From: Octopus sinensis
Lineage: Eukaryota
Direction: 5' to 3'
Assembly: GCF_006345805.1 (NCBI RefSeq)
Contig: NC_043014.1
Location: forward strand, 43,214,001-43,278,000
DNA: 64,000 nt
Shown here one piece after another: positions 63,381-64,000 of this stretch. The position numbers and the translations under genes are program-made. How positions within the stretch are numbered: position 1 is the first letter of the stretch; each line of letters opens with the position of its first letter. The notes under the pieces were generated by a model. It made no database searches. It saw only the letters and a program-made list of their open reading frames with translations, and was not told the origin of the DNA.

Positions 63381-64000
63381 CACTTACATACATACAGTCT
63401 GCAGTGAAATATATCATGTTCTAATGGCAACAAACCATGTTAAACAATGTAAAATAATATAAAACAATGTATCAGTTTATGTTAAGACTGCCAAACTGAA
63501 AGCTAAATTGCTTCTGGTGGGAACACAGTGAAGCAATTTCGTGAACGTGTTAATATAGACACTCTGTTTCACACCCAGATCACATCCCAATAATGCACAA
63601 CCTTGCTGCTTGATGATGTGGCTTAGTACCACTTGTTAGTTTTCACAAACTAAATATATGTGTGTTCTTCACTTCGGTTGAATTAAATCAGGAAATACAT
63701 CTCATACTTAGTGAGGATTGGATAGAAATCTTGTTAAATTATTATCAATGCTTTCTGGTTTTCATATACACATATTGTTGCTATATTTTCTGAATCTGAA
63801 TGTTTGTGTTTGTTAGTGTGTGTGTGTGTGTTTGTGTAATTTATATACATATGTGTGTGCTTACTTCTACAGTCAGCCCTCTCCCACCAATAAATTCGCA
63901 ATACAACACGTTCGCATATGTTTGTATATTTGTGTCTATGCATTTATTGGTATATCTATCTATCTATCTATCTATCTATTTATCTACCTATATATGTGTG

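Overview
AT-rich eukaryotic, repeat-saturated, intergenic or intronic DNA. The SINE families and dense TA/CA/ATT/GAT microsatellites resemble Octopus (coleoid cephalopod) genomes; this assignment is an inference. I find no intact protein-coding gene, and almost all long ORFs in the track are microsatellite or minisatellite translations. The window holds decayed relics of many transposon classes: mariner, a DD37D maT, hAT, a Merlin-like MITE, a Helitron, RTE, CR1, L1/Tx1-like ORF1, an RLE-type LINE end and Penelope, plus four or five SINE-like families. The most notable structures are: (1) a 6.4-kb minisatellite of about 155 units (41/42 bp) that grew inside the 3' end of an RTE LINE; (2) a 34-bp minisatellite apparently seeded by a mariner ORF start; (3) head-less SINE multimers with an identical palindromic junction at two loci; (4) a six-unit chimeric retro-array in the loop of an 86-bp inverted repeat; (5) four Penelope-type minimal hammerhead-ribozyme relics; (6) a twin-priming insertion with its empty site preserved next door; and (7) a cluster of TTCCNGGAA (GAS-like) motifs.
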